A stretch of 64,000 nt of DNA from Macrostomum lignano (lineage: Eukaryota), in NCBI GenBank assembly GCA_002269645.1, contig NIVC01000266.1, positions 62,001-126,000 on the forward strand, read 5' to 3'. The position numbers were made by a program, and so were the translations under genes. Positions 1 through 12,705 of the stretch are shown here, in pieces. Positions within the stretch are counted from its first letter, which is position 1, and every line of letters starts with the position of its first letter. The notes beneath the pieces are model-generated. The model was given only the letters and a program-made list of their open reading frames with translations. It made no database searches and was not told the DNA's origin.

Positions 1-418
1 AACCCGCTCCCGCGGTGGGATATGCCCAGATTCCCGCACGGAAATCCCCTTCAACTTCCTCTTTGCGACGGGAAAATTATAGCCGCAGAGAAAAACATTT
101 TCCTCTTCATCATTCGAATCCAGAATTGGTCGATAATGCGAGAAGGACTTCGATTGATCCTGAGGTAGCGGAGGAGTCTCTACTACGGATCAGGCAGGGT
201 TTCGGTGGCTGGGAGCGCTGCTTAGTCATTTGTTTGTGTTGGCCTGCCTGCCGCTTAGCGGTATCGATCGGTGGCGGAATCAAAATGGGTCTCCGTTTGA
301 TGGTGGAATGGGTAGGGGAGTCTGGGAGACCACCAGACTGGGAGATCGGGTGCTCAATGCCCCTGTATGAACTCCAACCTGCTGTAAATAGCAATGATTG
401 GCATTTGAGTCACTTAGC

Positions 419-1007
<589 letters not shown>

Positions 1008-1753
1008 GCATCTATAAATACACCCAGATGCTCGTGAGCGGCCAGCAAAGTCCAAAATAAACTTTATCCAGCCTCATCAAAACAATTTCGCGGCAGAGTT
1101 CCCCATCCTCAGATTCCCAAATGCCGAGCCTCGGCCACTTCATCAAAGCCGCATCATTCGAAGCCGTCAAAACTGATCCAGAATCCCCTCGCACTGACAG
1201 CTGGAAGAGGCGGCCGGCTGCAAGAGAAGGGGGGTCGGGCAGATTTCTCAGCAGGGGGTCGAGGATCCGAAGCCGCTGAGAAGAGGCTACTGAGAAGTTT
1301 TCAAATATTTCCGACGGTCCCATCTGGATGGATGGCAAAGCTCCAGCTCACTCGCTACTGTTCCCACTCTCTTCATCGTCTCGTTTTTATCCCTAATGAG
1401 AAGCCGCTGGTGAGAGAAGTCGAACTTCTGCCGGTTTTGAAAACCGCCGCAACCTGCAGGCAAGGCAAGCTGAAAGCAGAAAGCAGAAGCAGAGGACAGC
1501 AGAAACAATGGAGAAGCGTGGAGCCTGCAGAAGCGACAGGCCCACTTGTGAGTCCAAGTGCTCTGATGAGAGCGGCAGAGCGCTCGCTCATAATCAAACT
1601 AATCAAAGGAGTTCGGCGAACTGCTGCTGTCTGAGAATAGAGACAGAGCTCCAACTCGTTACCGACGTCTGGGCCGGTGTGGGTCTGAGTTGAGTCATTT
1701 GGAGAGGTATGACAATGGCGAGAGGGGGTGGGAAAAGAGAGAATGAGTTAAGA

Positions 1754-3299
1754 TCTAGACAGGAGAGGGTAGACAGGAGATGGTAGACAGGAGAGGGTAG
1801 ACAGGAGATGGTAGACAGGAGATGGTAGACAAGAGAGGGTAGACAGGAGATGGTAGACAGGAGATGGTAGACAGGAGAGGGTAGACAGGAGATGGTAGAC
1901 AGGAGATGGTAGACAAGAGAGGGTAGACAGGAGATGGTAGACAAGAGATGGTAGACAAGAGAGGGTAGACAGGAGATGGTAGACAAGAGATATTAGACAT
2001 AAGAGGGTAGACAGGAGATGGTAGACAAGAGGTGGTAGACAAGAGAGGGTAGACAGGAGATGGTAGACAGGAGATGGTAGACAAGAGATGATAGACAAGA
2101 GAGGGTAGACAGGAGAGGGTAGACAGGAGAGGGTAGACAAGAGATGGTAGACAAGAGATGGGGTAGACAAGAGAGGGTAGACAGGAGAGGGTAGACAAGA
2201 GAGGGTAAACAAAAGAGGGTAGACAAAAGAGGGTAGACAAGAGAGGGTAGACAAGAGAGGGTAGACAGGAGATGGTAGACAGGAGAGGGTAGACAGGAGA
2301 TGGTAGACAAGAGAGGGTAGACAGGAGATGGTAGACAGGAGATGATAGACAAGAGATGGTAGACAAGAGAGGGTAGACAGGAGAGGGTAGACAAAAGAGG
2401 GTAGACAGGAGATGGTAGACAGGAGATGGTAGACAAGAGATGATAGACAAGAGATGGTAGACAAGAGATGATAGACAAGAGATGATAGACAAGAGAGGGT
2501 AAACAAAAGAGGGTAGACAGGAGATGGTAGACAGGAGATGGTAGACAAGAGATGATAGACAAGAGATGGTAGACAAGAGAGGGTAGACAGGAGATGGTAG
2601 ACAGGAGATGGTAGACAAGAGAGGGTAGACAGGAGATGGTAGACAGGAGATGGTAGACAAGAGATGATAGACAAAAGAGGGTAGACAAGAGAGGGTAGAC
2701 AGGAGATGGTAGACAGGAGATGGTAGACAAGAGATGATAGACAAGAGATGGTAGACAGGAGAGGGTAGACAGGAGAGGGTAGACAGGAGATGGTAGACAG
2801 GAGATGGTAGACAAAAGAGGGTAGACAGGAGATGGTAGACAAGAGATGATAGACAATAGATGGTAGACAAGAGAGGGTAGACAGGAGATGGTAGACAGGA
2901 GATGGTAGACAAGAGATGATAGACAAAAGAGGGTAGACAAGAGAGGGTAGACAGGAGATGGTAGACAGGAGATGGTAGACAAGAGATGATAGACAAGAGA
3001 TGGTAGACAGGAGAGGGTAGACAGGAGAGGGTAGACAGGAGATGGTAGACAGGAGATGGTAGACAAAAGAGGGTAGACAGGAGATGGTAGACAAGAGATG
3101 ATAGACAAGAGATGGTAGACAAGAGATGATAGACAAGAGAGGGTAAACAAAAGAGGGTAGACAAGAGAGTAGACAAGAGAGGGTAGACAAGAGAGGGTAG
3201 ACAGGAGATGGTAGACAGGAGAGGGTAGACAAGAGATGATAGACAAGAGATGATAGACAAGAGAGGGTAAACAAAAGCGGGTAGACAGGAGAGGGTAGA
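1754..3299. repeat. 14-bp minisatellite TAGACA(G/A)GAGA(T/G)GG
   Basis: About 110 tandem units; repetitive ORFs in three frames are artefacts. Confidence 0.95.
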
Positions 3300-4273
3300 T
3301 TTGGGACTGTTTCGTCGAAGGCGTTGCGCCATGGAGGCTCCCGCTCTGCTGCAATTATTAATATTAAACTTCAATCTGCTTGTTGATTCGCTGTTGCAGA
3401 GGGTATCGGTGTCAACTGCTCTGCTCAGTGTCAACTGCCAACCAACGTGGAGAGAAAAGACACCTGCCTGTAAACAGCTCGCCTGACCTGTCAATTGTTT
3501 GACAGCGTAAACAATGAACCGCTGTGACAGATAGAAGGGAGAATGTGTCTAATTCCGATGCCTTGCAAACAGAATTATTCCCTTTTTTGGGGATCTAATA
3601 ATGAAGGCAAGGAGGGGAGATATTGCTCGAGGCAACCCCAGAGGAGGGGAGAGAGGACCGTGGATATTCCACTAAATAATTGCATCAGTTAGGCTGAGAC
3701 ACCTAAACCGAGTCTCTCTGTCGCACTGACGGAGACATGATAGCCAAGAAGGTTGCGTCACACTGGCTAACGAAGTCAAGCCCCTTGAACTGGCGCGCAT
3801 GCTTGGCTCTTAGTTGGCAGATTTCTATAGAAGAACCCCGGGGCGGGGCCTCCGTGTTGCAAATTTGCTCGCTACTTCGGTAATCAGTTGTCCCGAGCTA
3901 ATGGAGCCGGAGGCGGAGGGGGTGGTAACTGGCTTTTTTCGCAACTCACTGGACTAAACGAATTCTTTTGCGCACCAAATCGAAATGCAATTTCGGATAC
4001 TCGAATGATTATCAGTGAGCGCGCGACAGGATTATTCGGGTGTGCAGTTATGCGGGATTGAGATTGACCGCTTGCATCGGATTATAAATTTACAAAATTG
4101 ATTTGGCAAAATCGTGTATAAAAATACTTGACTCAGTCTGTCAGTGCCTTCGTTTTCTCCGCTTGTAGGTAGCTTTCTGCATGGTCAGAGTCCTGCTGGC
4201 AATGTGACCTGCAGGCTATTGGCTTTGGTGTGAAGGCGAATGAGCCTCTGCATGATTCAACATATCTCATTCA

Positions 4274-4640
4274 CCTCTCCCTCTCTGCCTCTCCCTCTCT
4301 CCCCTCTGTCTATCCCTCTCTCCCTCTCTCCCTCTCCCTCTCTCCCCTCTCCCTATTCCCCTCTGCCTCTCCCTCTCTCTCTCTCTCCCTCTCCCTCTCT
4401 CCCTCTCTCCCTTTCTCCCTCTCCCTCCTTCCCTCTCTCTACCCCTCTCCCTCTCTCCCTCTCACCCTCTCTACCTCTTTCCCTCTCTCCATTCCTCTCT
4501 CCCTCCCTCTGTCCCTCCCTCCCTCTACCCCTCCCCTCCCGCCCTTGTTCTATCTCTCCCTCTCTCCCACTCTCCCCTCTTCTATTCCCCATAACTCACT
4601 CTCCCCTGTACCCGTCCTCCTCACTACTTTCCTCCCCTAC
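4274..4640. repeat. CT-rich low-complexity tract
   Basis: Almost pure C/T sequence. Confidence 0.85.
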
Positions 4641-6195
4641 TCTTAAGAGCGTAGAACATCAATGTCTCCTCAAATTCCTCAATTATCCCCCATTCTCAAC
4701 GCGTTGTGCTGCACCTTCCCACTTTATAATGCATGCTGGCAGGCCTGTCATGCATCCGCCCCTCAGGTCGGGGGAGGGAGAATAATCCCCCTATCAATTT
4801 GATTGTGAAAGAATAATTTCCCAGGACTAGGCAGGACTAGGCATAAAAGTTATCCCAAAGAAGGCTGGGATAAAATCCCAAACAGATTGGTTGGAGGTAC
4901 TTGAGAACAGAAAAAACCCGTATGATAAAATATGGATCTCGTAAATTCGAAATTCACTCGCTAATTTTGTCCCCACCTATTCAGCAGCACTCAGAACCCC
5001 CTCACTGATGGAGGCGGTTCTGTCAGAGTTTTTTTTAATCAGCAAATTATCATCGATGACGCAATTTCTGACAAATTTTGTTGATTTTAGAAATCTATTT
5101 TTTACTGAATTCGTCACGAAATTTTCTATTAATTTAAAAAAAAACACCTTGGCAACCAGCAAAGTAGGAAATGAACAACTGAAATTGGCGGTCATGTGAC
5201 CTCACAAACAGCTCCCATATGGACACCTGGGAAGGTGAGATGACACGGGGACTGCCACCTCCCCTCTCTCAGTCTGTGTGTCTCAGAACCAGCTCCCCCA
5301 GTGCTAGGGGCAGCTGATTAGCGGCTCCTCATGTTTCCCTGTTGTCACGACCGACCGCTAAACTGAGATCCCATCGCGTGACAAAATGACTAAAAATTTT
5401 CGGGCGAAACAGATTGAAACCAAGACTTACACCTTTAATATAAAGAAGTCTTTGTTCGAAATTGGAGAGTTTCTTCCCTTTTAAAGATCTTCCTATGCTA
5501 ATGAGTCTTCACCGAAACCCCTCTTTGCCCTCGAGCCAGCACTCCTCTGAGAGATGAGACGACATGGGATATCGGATTTCAGACAGCGGATCTGTGCGGC
5601 CTCTCTCTGCTGTCAACGGCAGAGTCGTCTTCAGACGGGGGCTAAAAAAGCCGTCGTTGGCAAGTTCGAATTTGACTTGACCGAATATGACTGGCTAAAA
5701 GCATTTCTAAGTAGTCATCACTTCTCAGCACAACAAGAATGAATAAATCCAAGTCACTTCCGACTGAGTTGGGGGGGGGGGTTGAACCCCATTTGGATTG
5801 CGCAACCGTCAGTGCGCCCAGCCCCGTGTGTGCGGAACGTGTCGAGAGATGGACAGCTCGCACTGCAGGCAGATTGGCCTGTGGAATCCGAGCCGAGGTG
5901 GGAGGCGGCCGACGCCGACCTCAACTGGGATCTGGGACCCCCCGCCCGAAGGGGAAGGCGGGAGGTCCGCCCACCTTCCACAGCCGCCAGCCTCAAGGAG
6001 CTTCGGCCGAATCGCCCAGATCGGGTTGCAGCCCCGGGAGGCTCCCATTGGACAGCCGTCAAGCAGCCAATGACTGAGAGAAGGCAGACAGACAGAAGGA
6101 CCTAAAGAGACCAGCTAAATCTGAGGTGCGAACAGGAAAGACGCAGAAGGCCCAGTTTAATCCGCCCACACCCTGAGCTCCCCTTCACATTCGCA

Positions 6196-7251
6196 ATGAA
6201 CGAGGACAATGCAACTGCTTCCATCGCTTCGTCACCTCCGCAGCGAGTTGACGCCGAAGACGTTGAAGCCTCCGAGAAGCTGCTCTCGAATTGCCGCACC
6301 GCGGCGTCTCCCACCGGCTCATCGACCAGCTCTGGGAAGAACAATAACCATAGCAACGGCGTCGGAAATGGGAACGGAAAACTGCAAGTGGAGAGCGGCG
6401 GCGAGTCTACCGATGGCCGAAGGTCCTGTCCGGCCGCCTCGGCCGTTCTCGCCGTCCTGCTCTGCTGCTTCGTCGCCGGCTTCGGCGTCATGGCATTTCT
6501 CTACGTGCAGGCCGCCGCCGCGCCGGCCGGAGTTCCGCAGTCGTCGCCGCTGAGTCACGCCGCCGCGGCAGCCCTGCTGTCCTCGACATCCGCGTCGAAG
6601 TCCTGCGACGTTGAAGCCGACGGCTCCGAGCTGACTCGCCTGGCCGACTTCGGCGCCGATCCTTGCGGCAGTGGCAGCGGCAGCGGCGGCTTCGAGCAGT
6701 TCGCCTGCGGCGGCTACTCGAACTCGGCGACCCTGGGCTGGGGCGAGTCGGCCCGCTCGATGGCCGGAGATCGGAACCGGCGCGTGGCCGCGCTGCTGGA
6801 GGAGCGCCTGCTGTTTGGCGTCGATGCCGACCAGCCCGCCTGGCTGACGGCGCTGTCGAATTTCAGTCGAACCTGCGCCGCCGCCGGGGCCGCCTTTCCG
6901 CTGGAGTCGCTGAGGCGCGAGTTCGGCCGGCCGGCCGGTGGCCGGTTCGCCCCGATCAGCTTCTTCAGCCAGAGCTCCTTCACCTGGAACGACAGGTTCA
7001 CCTACGAGCAGGCTCTGGCGCAGCTGGCGGCGCACGGCGTGCCTGTTGCCATCGAGGTCGGCCTGCCGAACTCAACGTCGACCTGGCGAGGCTCCGTCGG
7101 TGACCAGCAGGGCGGCGGCCCGCTGCCGTGGATTCTGCGGCCGGCGGCTCCGCTGATCTCGCCGGATATTGATGTGGACAGCCTGGTGCAGCTGGTGAAG
7201 TCCGCGTTCAGCCTGATTGACAAGGGCATACCGCACCTGATTGCCACTCAG
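6196..7251 (+). CDS. Neprilysin/ECE (peptidase M13)-like type II membrane protein, exon 1
   Basis: Cytoplasmic N-terminus, a TM helix (AVLAVLLCCFVAGFGVMAFLYV), then the M13 N-terminal motif ADPC...FEQFACGGY. Donor CAG|GTGAG at 7251/7252, phase 0. Confidence 0.85.
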
Positions 7252-7309
7252 GTGAGAGAGGCTGCTGGCCATTGTGAGCCATTGGTCATGTCTGCGGTTT
7301 GAGTCATAG

Positions 7310-7680
7310 AGCTCATGTACTGTCATAGGGATGGTCATAACTTTATGGTCATAGTGGTGGTCATAGCTTAATGGTCATAGCCTGGTGGTCATAGCCTGGT
7401 GGTCATAGCTTAATGGTCATAGCCTGATAGACATAGCTTGATGGTCATAGATTTCATGGTCATAGCTTTGATGGTCATAGCTTGATGGTCATAGCTTTGA
7501 TGGTCATAGCTTTGATGGTCATGGCTTGATGGTCATGGCTTGATGGCCATAGATTTGATGGTCATAGCTGATAGTCATAGCTTGATGGTCATAGCTTTGG
7601 TGGTCATAGCTTGATGGTCATAGCTTGCTTGATGGTCATAGCTTTGATGGTCATAGCTTTGATAGTCATAGCTTGATGGA
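7310..7680. repeat. Intronic 14-15-bp minisatellite (GGTCATAGCTTGAT)
   Basis: Tandem array filling the single intron of the M13-like gene. Confidence 0.9.
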
Positions 7681-7752
7681 TTGTCGATAAGGCATGTTCA
7701 GAGTCATGACTGCATATTTGAAGTCAAACCAGAGTCGAACCTGGCCCCGCAG

Positions 7753-9039
7753 ATGGCCTATTTCCATGGCAACGCCAGCCGCCTTCTGCGAGACTCCACC
7801 GACGACCAGCAGCAGCAGCAGCCGGAAGTCATCAGCTTTGAAGAAGCCCGCAACCTCTTCGCCGACGCCGGAAGCTCCAGCGGAAACCGATGGGAAAGAT
7901 TCCGCAACGAGCTGCTCCCAGCGGATGCGGCCTGGCCCGAAGGTCGGTACAGCGGACTTCTGGTCAGTCGCCGAAGGACTCTCGCCCGACTGCTCCGCCT
8001 GACTGCCCGGCTTGACTCCGACGTGCTGATGGCGTACGGCTTCGTGAACTCGCTGGTCAAGCTGGCCCCGTTCAATCCGCAGCTGCGCCGGTTCTTCGCC
8101 GCTCAAACCCTGGTTGCTAAGCAACCGATGGTGCTGCTGTCATCAAGGCGGAAATCGACAGCAAAACCAAGCAGACCTATCGGAGTTGTTAAGCGTTGCC
8201 TAGCAACCGCCTATCAGGTGCTGCCTCAGCTGGTTGCCAAGACATTCGCAGACAGTCCAGGCCTCCGAGGCCGGGGACCGCTGGCTGCCGCCATCTGGCA
8301 CCACCTGGCCGAGCGAATCGCCAGAAATTCGACATTCATGGCATCGCCCGACCTGGAGTCTGTCTGGCCCGCCTACCTCGGCCAGGAGCTGCACTTCATC
8401 AACGCCTACGGCCAGCTGAGGATTCTGGGCGACTTCGAAGGCGGCGGCGGCGGCGGCGGTCAGGCTGGAGGCGCCTTCCTGGCCGCGCTGCTGGACGCCA
8501 GTAGGTTCTCTCGCCAGTCGGCATTCCTGATGGCCGCCCAAATCGGCTGGGCCGGCGTCGGTCAAGGACCACCATTCGAAGCTTCAACTGACTCGACCGT
8601 TGGCGTCCCTGACGACAGCGAATTATTGGACGACTTTGAGCTGAGCTTCCCGATTCAGTTTCACCTGCCGCTGCTGGGCGCGGGCGGGGCGGCAGAGCGG
8701 ATTGCTAGACTGGGCTACTTGGCTGCCAGGCGAGTTCCAGCCAAGACCGGCCACGTCGATGATTGTCGAAGTCGACTAGCGGCGATTCGAACGGCGTTCG
8801 GCCTGCTGACCGACCCGACAGCTGAAGCTGGCGCCGCACCCGGCGGGAAGTCGCTGACAGCCGGGCAGGCCTTCCTGCTGGCCAACGCCCAGCTGGGCTG
8901 CCGCAAGGTCGCGCCGGGAGTCGCCGGCACTGCGTCGTCCACGCAGGCCCGGCTGGTGTCGAAACTGCCGGAATTTGCCGTCGCTTTCGGCTGCCGAGGT
9001 CGCTACGCGACGGTCGACAAGGACGCGACCTGCGGCTGA
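7753..9039 (+). CDS. M13-like protein, exon 2; predicted catalytically inactive (joined product about 780 aa)
   Basis: Acceptor CCCCGCAG|ATG at 7752/7753 is in frame. C-terminal M13 signatures: INAY, ERIAR (ENIAD-equivalent), QAFLLANAQLGC, PEFAVAFGC, terminal C. No HExxH. The acceptor could lie slightly further upstream. Confidence 0.8.
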   Translation: MAYFHGNASRLLRDSTDDQQQQQPEVISFEEARNLFADAGSSSGNRWERFRNELLPADAAWPEGRYSGLLVSRRRTLARLLRLTARLDSDVLMAYGFVNSLVKLAPFNPQLRRFFAAQTLVAKQPMVLLSSRRKSTAKPSRPIGVVKRCLATAYQVLPQLVAKTFADSPGLRGRGPLAAAIWHHLAERIARNSTFMASPDLESVWPAYLGQELHFINAYGQLRILGDFEGGGGGGGQAGGAFLAALLDASRFSRQSAFLMAAQIGWAGVGQGPPFEASTDSTVGVPDDSELLDDFELSFPIQFHLPLLGAGGAAERIARLGYLAARRVPAKTGHVDDCRSRLAAIRTAFGLLTDPTAEAGAAPGGKSLTAGQAFLLANAQLGCRKVAPGVAGTASSTQARLVSKLPEFAVAFGCRGRYATVDKDATCG

Positions 9040-9257
9040 CTTCTCGGGTGTAAATAGTGGCTGCTTCATCAATGTGGGTGGCTTCAAATGTTTTGAAAAC
9101 TTGAAAAACGATAAGAAAGTTTTATGATTTCTCGTTACATTTTCACTGCTTCTCCACTTAAGTGTTCTAGTCCTTTGTGTGAAATTGCTTATATATTTTT
9201 TCAATTAGTTTTAGTTTGTCAAAGTCAAATTTTAACGTGAAGGCGTTGATACTTACT

Positions 9258-9646
9258 GGGGTGGCGCCGTTCATTATGGGGGTGGCGCCGTCCATTATGG
9301 GGGTGGCGCTGTCCATTATGGGGGTGGCGCTGTCCATTATGGGGGTGGAGCCGTTCATTATGGGGGTGGCGCCGTTCATTATGGAGTGGCGCCGTTCATT
9401 ATGGGGTGGCGCCGTTTATTATGGGGGTGGCGCCGTCCATTATGGGGGTGGCGCTGTCCATTATGGGGGTGGCGCCGTTCATTATGGAGTGGCGCCGTTC
9501 ATTATGGAGTGGCGCCGTTCATTATGGGGTGGCGTCGTTCATTATGGGGGTGGCGCCGTTCATTATGGAGTGGCGCCGTTCATTATGGGGTGGCGCCGTT
9601 CATTATGGAGTGGCGCCGTTCATCATGGGGTGGCGCCGTTCATTCT
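9258..9646. repeat. 20-21-bp minisatellite GGGGTGGCGCCGTTCATTATG
   Basis: Direct tandem array. Confidence 0.93.
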
Positions 9647-10124
9647 TAGGATGGCACAGGCACTGTTTAAGTCTGTGTAAAAAGAACTTAAAAAATGTAA
9701 TTAAACATCAGTTTTGTTCAGGTATTTTGTCTGTTTTTTAAAAGCAATCTTTAACAATTTTTGTCTTAATATTTAAAACACAAATTTTGTGTATAATTAT
9801 TTACTCATAAACATTTTCTATAAAAGCAGAATTTCTCAGGCAATTTTTTAAGTTTCTTTGCCAAGAAATGACCAGCTGTTTTTTAAATTCTCTTTTGATA
9901 TTAGTAAAATTTGTTACTTTTTTGTTTTATAATATTGGTTTTTTTACTTCACCGCTTACCGTGTAAATCTCGTGATGAAGTGCATTGTGTACTAATTTGT
10001 TTGCTGTTAGCTAAAATTGTTTCAGGTTATAAATAAAGCATAACTCCTGTGTTGTAGAAATAATTAGTTAAGAGATTTTGAAAGTGCATTTCCTCTGTGT
10101 TTATAGGCCAGCTTTTAAATACCT

Positions 10125-10190
10125 TACGTGCTTGGTGCGCTATCGCATCGTTCTTGAGACCGAGAGGACCCGGGTTCGAGTCCTTGTTCA
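10125..10190 (+). other. Degenerate tRNA-like/SINE head (Pol III B box)
   Basis: Perfect B box GGTTCGAGTCC at 10173-10183 with a weak A-box-like TTGGT upstream. Cloverleaf stems are imperfect, so this is not a functional tRNA. Confidence 0.35.
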
Positions 10191-10589
10191 ACCGGACTAA
10201 TAATTTCGGCCTGCAATTATCCTGAGCCGAAGCCCCCCCCCTGAGAATTTAATTAGTCAGCCCAGATTTTCACCCAGGGAAAAATTGGTTTGATCCCCTC
10301 GCCGACGGCATGAAGATAAAGCGAAACTGCAATTTGGGGTCAACGATTTCCAGCGAGGACAAGAGGCTGCTGGCTGATGAAGATTCGATGATGCCCGCCA
10401 ATTTGAGATGGGGATCGATGCCTCATCTTTTTAGATTCGCCTCCGGTATCTCTTGGCTGAAATCTCACCCTGTGTTTTTCTGCTTTGTTGATTTCATTCG
10501 ATATTCTGCTGAACTCTGCGCGCGTATTTCACAAGGTGGTTGACTGGGTAGGCAATTCCGTACTGACCTCACTGTGCCTCTGTTGCACC

Positions 10590-10765
10590 TGCCTCCCTCT
10601 GCATCTCCCTGCCTCCCTCTGCATCTCCCTGCCTCCCTCTGCATCTCCCTGCCTCCCTCTGCATCTCCCTGCCTCCCTCTGCATCTCCCTGCCTCCCTCT
10701 GCATCTCCCTGCCTCCCTCTGTACCTCCCTGTCTCTCTCTGCATCTCCCTGCCTCCCTCTGCAGC
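10590..10765. repeat. 20-bp minisatellite GCATCTCCCTGCCTCCCTCT
   Basis: Direct tandem array. Confidence 0.92.
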
Positions 10766-11062
10766 ATTCTTGACCTTAAAATTTGTCCGGTAAACCCGAA
10801 CCTCAGTCATTTTTGTAGTCAAATATCCCAAACAGGTGCGATAGCCAGGTGTTAATGCATTATTTACGATGCAAAAAACTGGATGAATTTCTGCCATATG
10901 GTGTGACCTGGCGGCTGTGGTGTCTACGAACTGGGGCATAAGCGGGTTTGCAGTTGTCAAACTTTGCTTAGAAGCTTATGGAAAATTTAAATAGATAGTG
11001 TAATGATGCCCTGGTGACCTTCTTATTCTGTAGATTGTACTTGCTACTGTGTCCCCAGTAGG

Positions 11063-11420
11063 ATTAGGGATTAGGGATCAGGGATCAGGGATCGGGGATC
11101 GGGGATTGGGGATCGGGGATGGAGGATTGGGGATCAGGGATTGGGGATCGGGGATCAGGGATCAGAGACCAGGGATCGGGGATCAGGGATCGAGGATCAG
11201 GGATCGGGGATCAGGGATCGGGGATCAGGGATCAGGGATCAGGGGTCGGGGATCAGGGATCAGGGATCGGGGATCGGGGATCGGGGATCTGGGATCGGGG
11301 ATCGGGGATCAGGGATCAGGGATCAGGGGTCGGGGATTAGGGATCAGGGATCAGGGATCAGGATCAGGGGTCGGGGATTAGGGATCAGGGATCAGGGGTC
11401 GGGGATTAGGGATCTGGGAT
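11063..11420. repeat. 7-bp repeat (GGGATCA/GGGATCG)n
   Basis: Direct tandem array. Confidence 0.92.
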
Positions 11421-11849
11421 CAGCAGGAGAAGCAGAGGGTAAGGATTCCACGGCTCTCCACTATTTGATCAAAGTGGTCGGTGGGGAGCAGAGATGCGAT
11501 AACAATCTAAGCGGGGGGAAGCCGGTGCAGATCCATTACAGCGGCAGCATTGTGTACTCAATATGTTTTGATTAGAACAAGTTGTTTAATAAGAGTCTCT
11601 TTTTGCAGAAGCAGCGGTACTGACTGAGGATTTGCTTGCTGTTGAAACCAGACGGGCAAACAGAGGACAGCTGGAGCAGAGCGTAGGGAGCTCCTGAAAT
11701 CCGATCTGATGCTCAGACAGACCGGCATTGCCGCTGACGCTAACCGGATTTTCTGATTTTTTTATGAAATTGTGACGTTTGGTGTTTTACATTCTCTTTG
11801 TTCTCCTGTGGAATGGGCTGTTGGCAGCAAGAGGAGAGCGAGAATGGCG

Positions 11850-12212
11850 AAAGTGGAGAGAGGGGAGGGAGGGGAGGGAGGGACAGAGGAAGGAAGAGAG
11901 GAAGAGATGAAGGGGGAGAGGGAGAGAGGAAGGGAGAGAGGAAAGGAGAGAGGGAGAAAGGAAGGGAGAGAGGAAAGGAGAGAGGGAGAGAGGAAAGGAG
12001 AGAGGGAGAGAGTGAGAGAGTTAGAGAGGAAGGGAGAGATGGAGAGAGAAAGGGAGAGAGGGAGAGAGAAAGGGAGAGAGGGAGAGAGAAAGGGAGAGAT
12101 GGAGAGAGAAAGGGAGAGAGGGAGAGAGAAAGGGAGAGTGGGAGAGAGAAAGGGAGAGAGGGAGAGAGAAAGGGAGAGAGTGAGAGAGGAAGGGAGAGTG
12201 GGAGAGAGGAAG
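11850..12212. repeat. GA-rich low-complexity tract (target of LINE insertion; continues at 20662-20720)
   Basis: Purine-rich tract flanking both ends of the LINE. Confidence 0.85.
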
Positions 12213-12500
12213 GCACGCGAAGGCGTATTCAGCATGCCAGTGAAGTATGAGACAGACTAGGCCTACGAGCTAAGGTCTGCGATGCTTCACGCCTGCCCCT
12301 ATCTTCAGCAGGTCAAGGCTGGTGGGAGGTCTGCACCCTCTATTTGCCTCTGGCAGCCGCAGACCCCCCCCCCACGCTGTCTCGCAAGTCGACCCAGGGG
12401 TACTCGTCCCCGCGTGTGTTCAAGGCAGACCCTAGGGCTGCTGGACAGACTGGGCTCCGGCGCTGGCGACCCTATCCAGTGGCTTCGGCCGAATTTGGGT
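12213..12500 (+). ncRNA. HDV-like self-cleaving ribozyme at the LINE 5' end
   Basis: P1 GCACGCG(12213-19):CGCGTGT(12411-17) with G1.U wobble; P2 ACCCAG(12392-97):TTGGGT(12495-500); P3 GGG(12398-400):CCC(12408-10); L3 TACTCGT; P1.1 AC(12402-03):GT(12418-19); J4/2 CGAAT with C at 12490; 172-nt J1/2. Folded by eye, not tested. Confidence 0.75.
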
Positions 12501-12705
12501 ATGCGGGTCTGGCTCGCCAGCCTGCAGGCCGTGGTACTGCTTAACGTACCCTCTAATGCCTAAGGTGTTTGACCGTGCCGATGGGCTGGAAGGCCGGGGA
12601 GTAGTCCGGTCGCTAGCGGTCCTTTTTTCAAACCGGCTGGCTTGAGGTGTCGGCCAGTCGGGTACTCAACTCGCATAACGAGTAGCCCTCCCCCGCTTTT
12701 CAGCT

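Noticed and set aside
1012-1693. Possible exons, including a WD40-like stretch on the minus strand (GSVLTASNDAALMKW...GIWESEDGELCREI)
   Set aside because: Both strands have open frames, and no consistent splice model or convincing family match could be built by eye.
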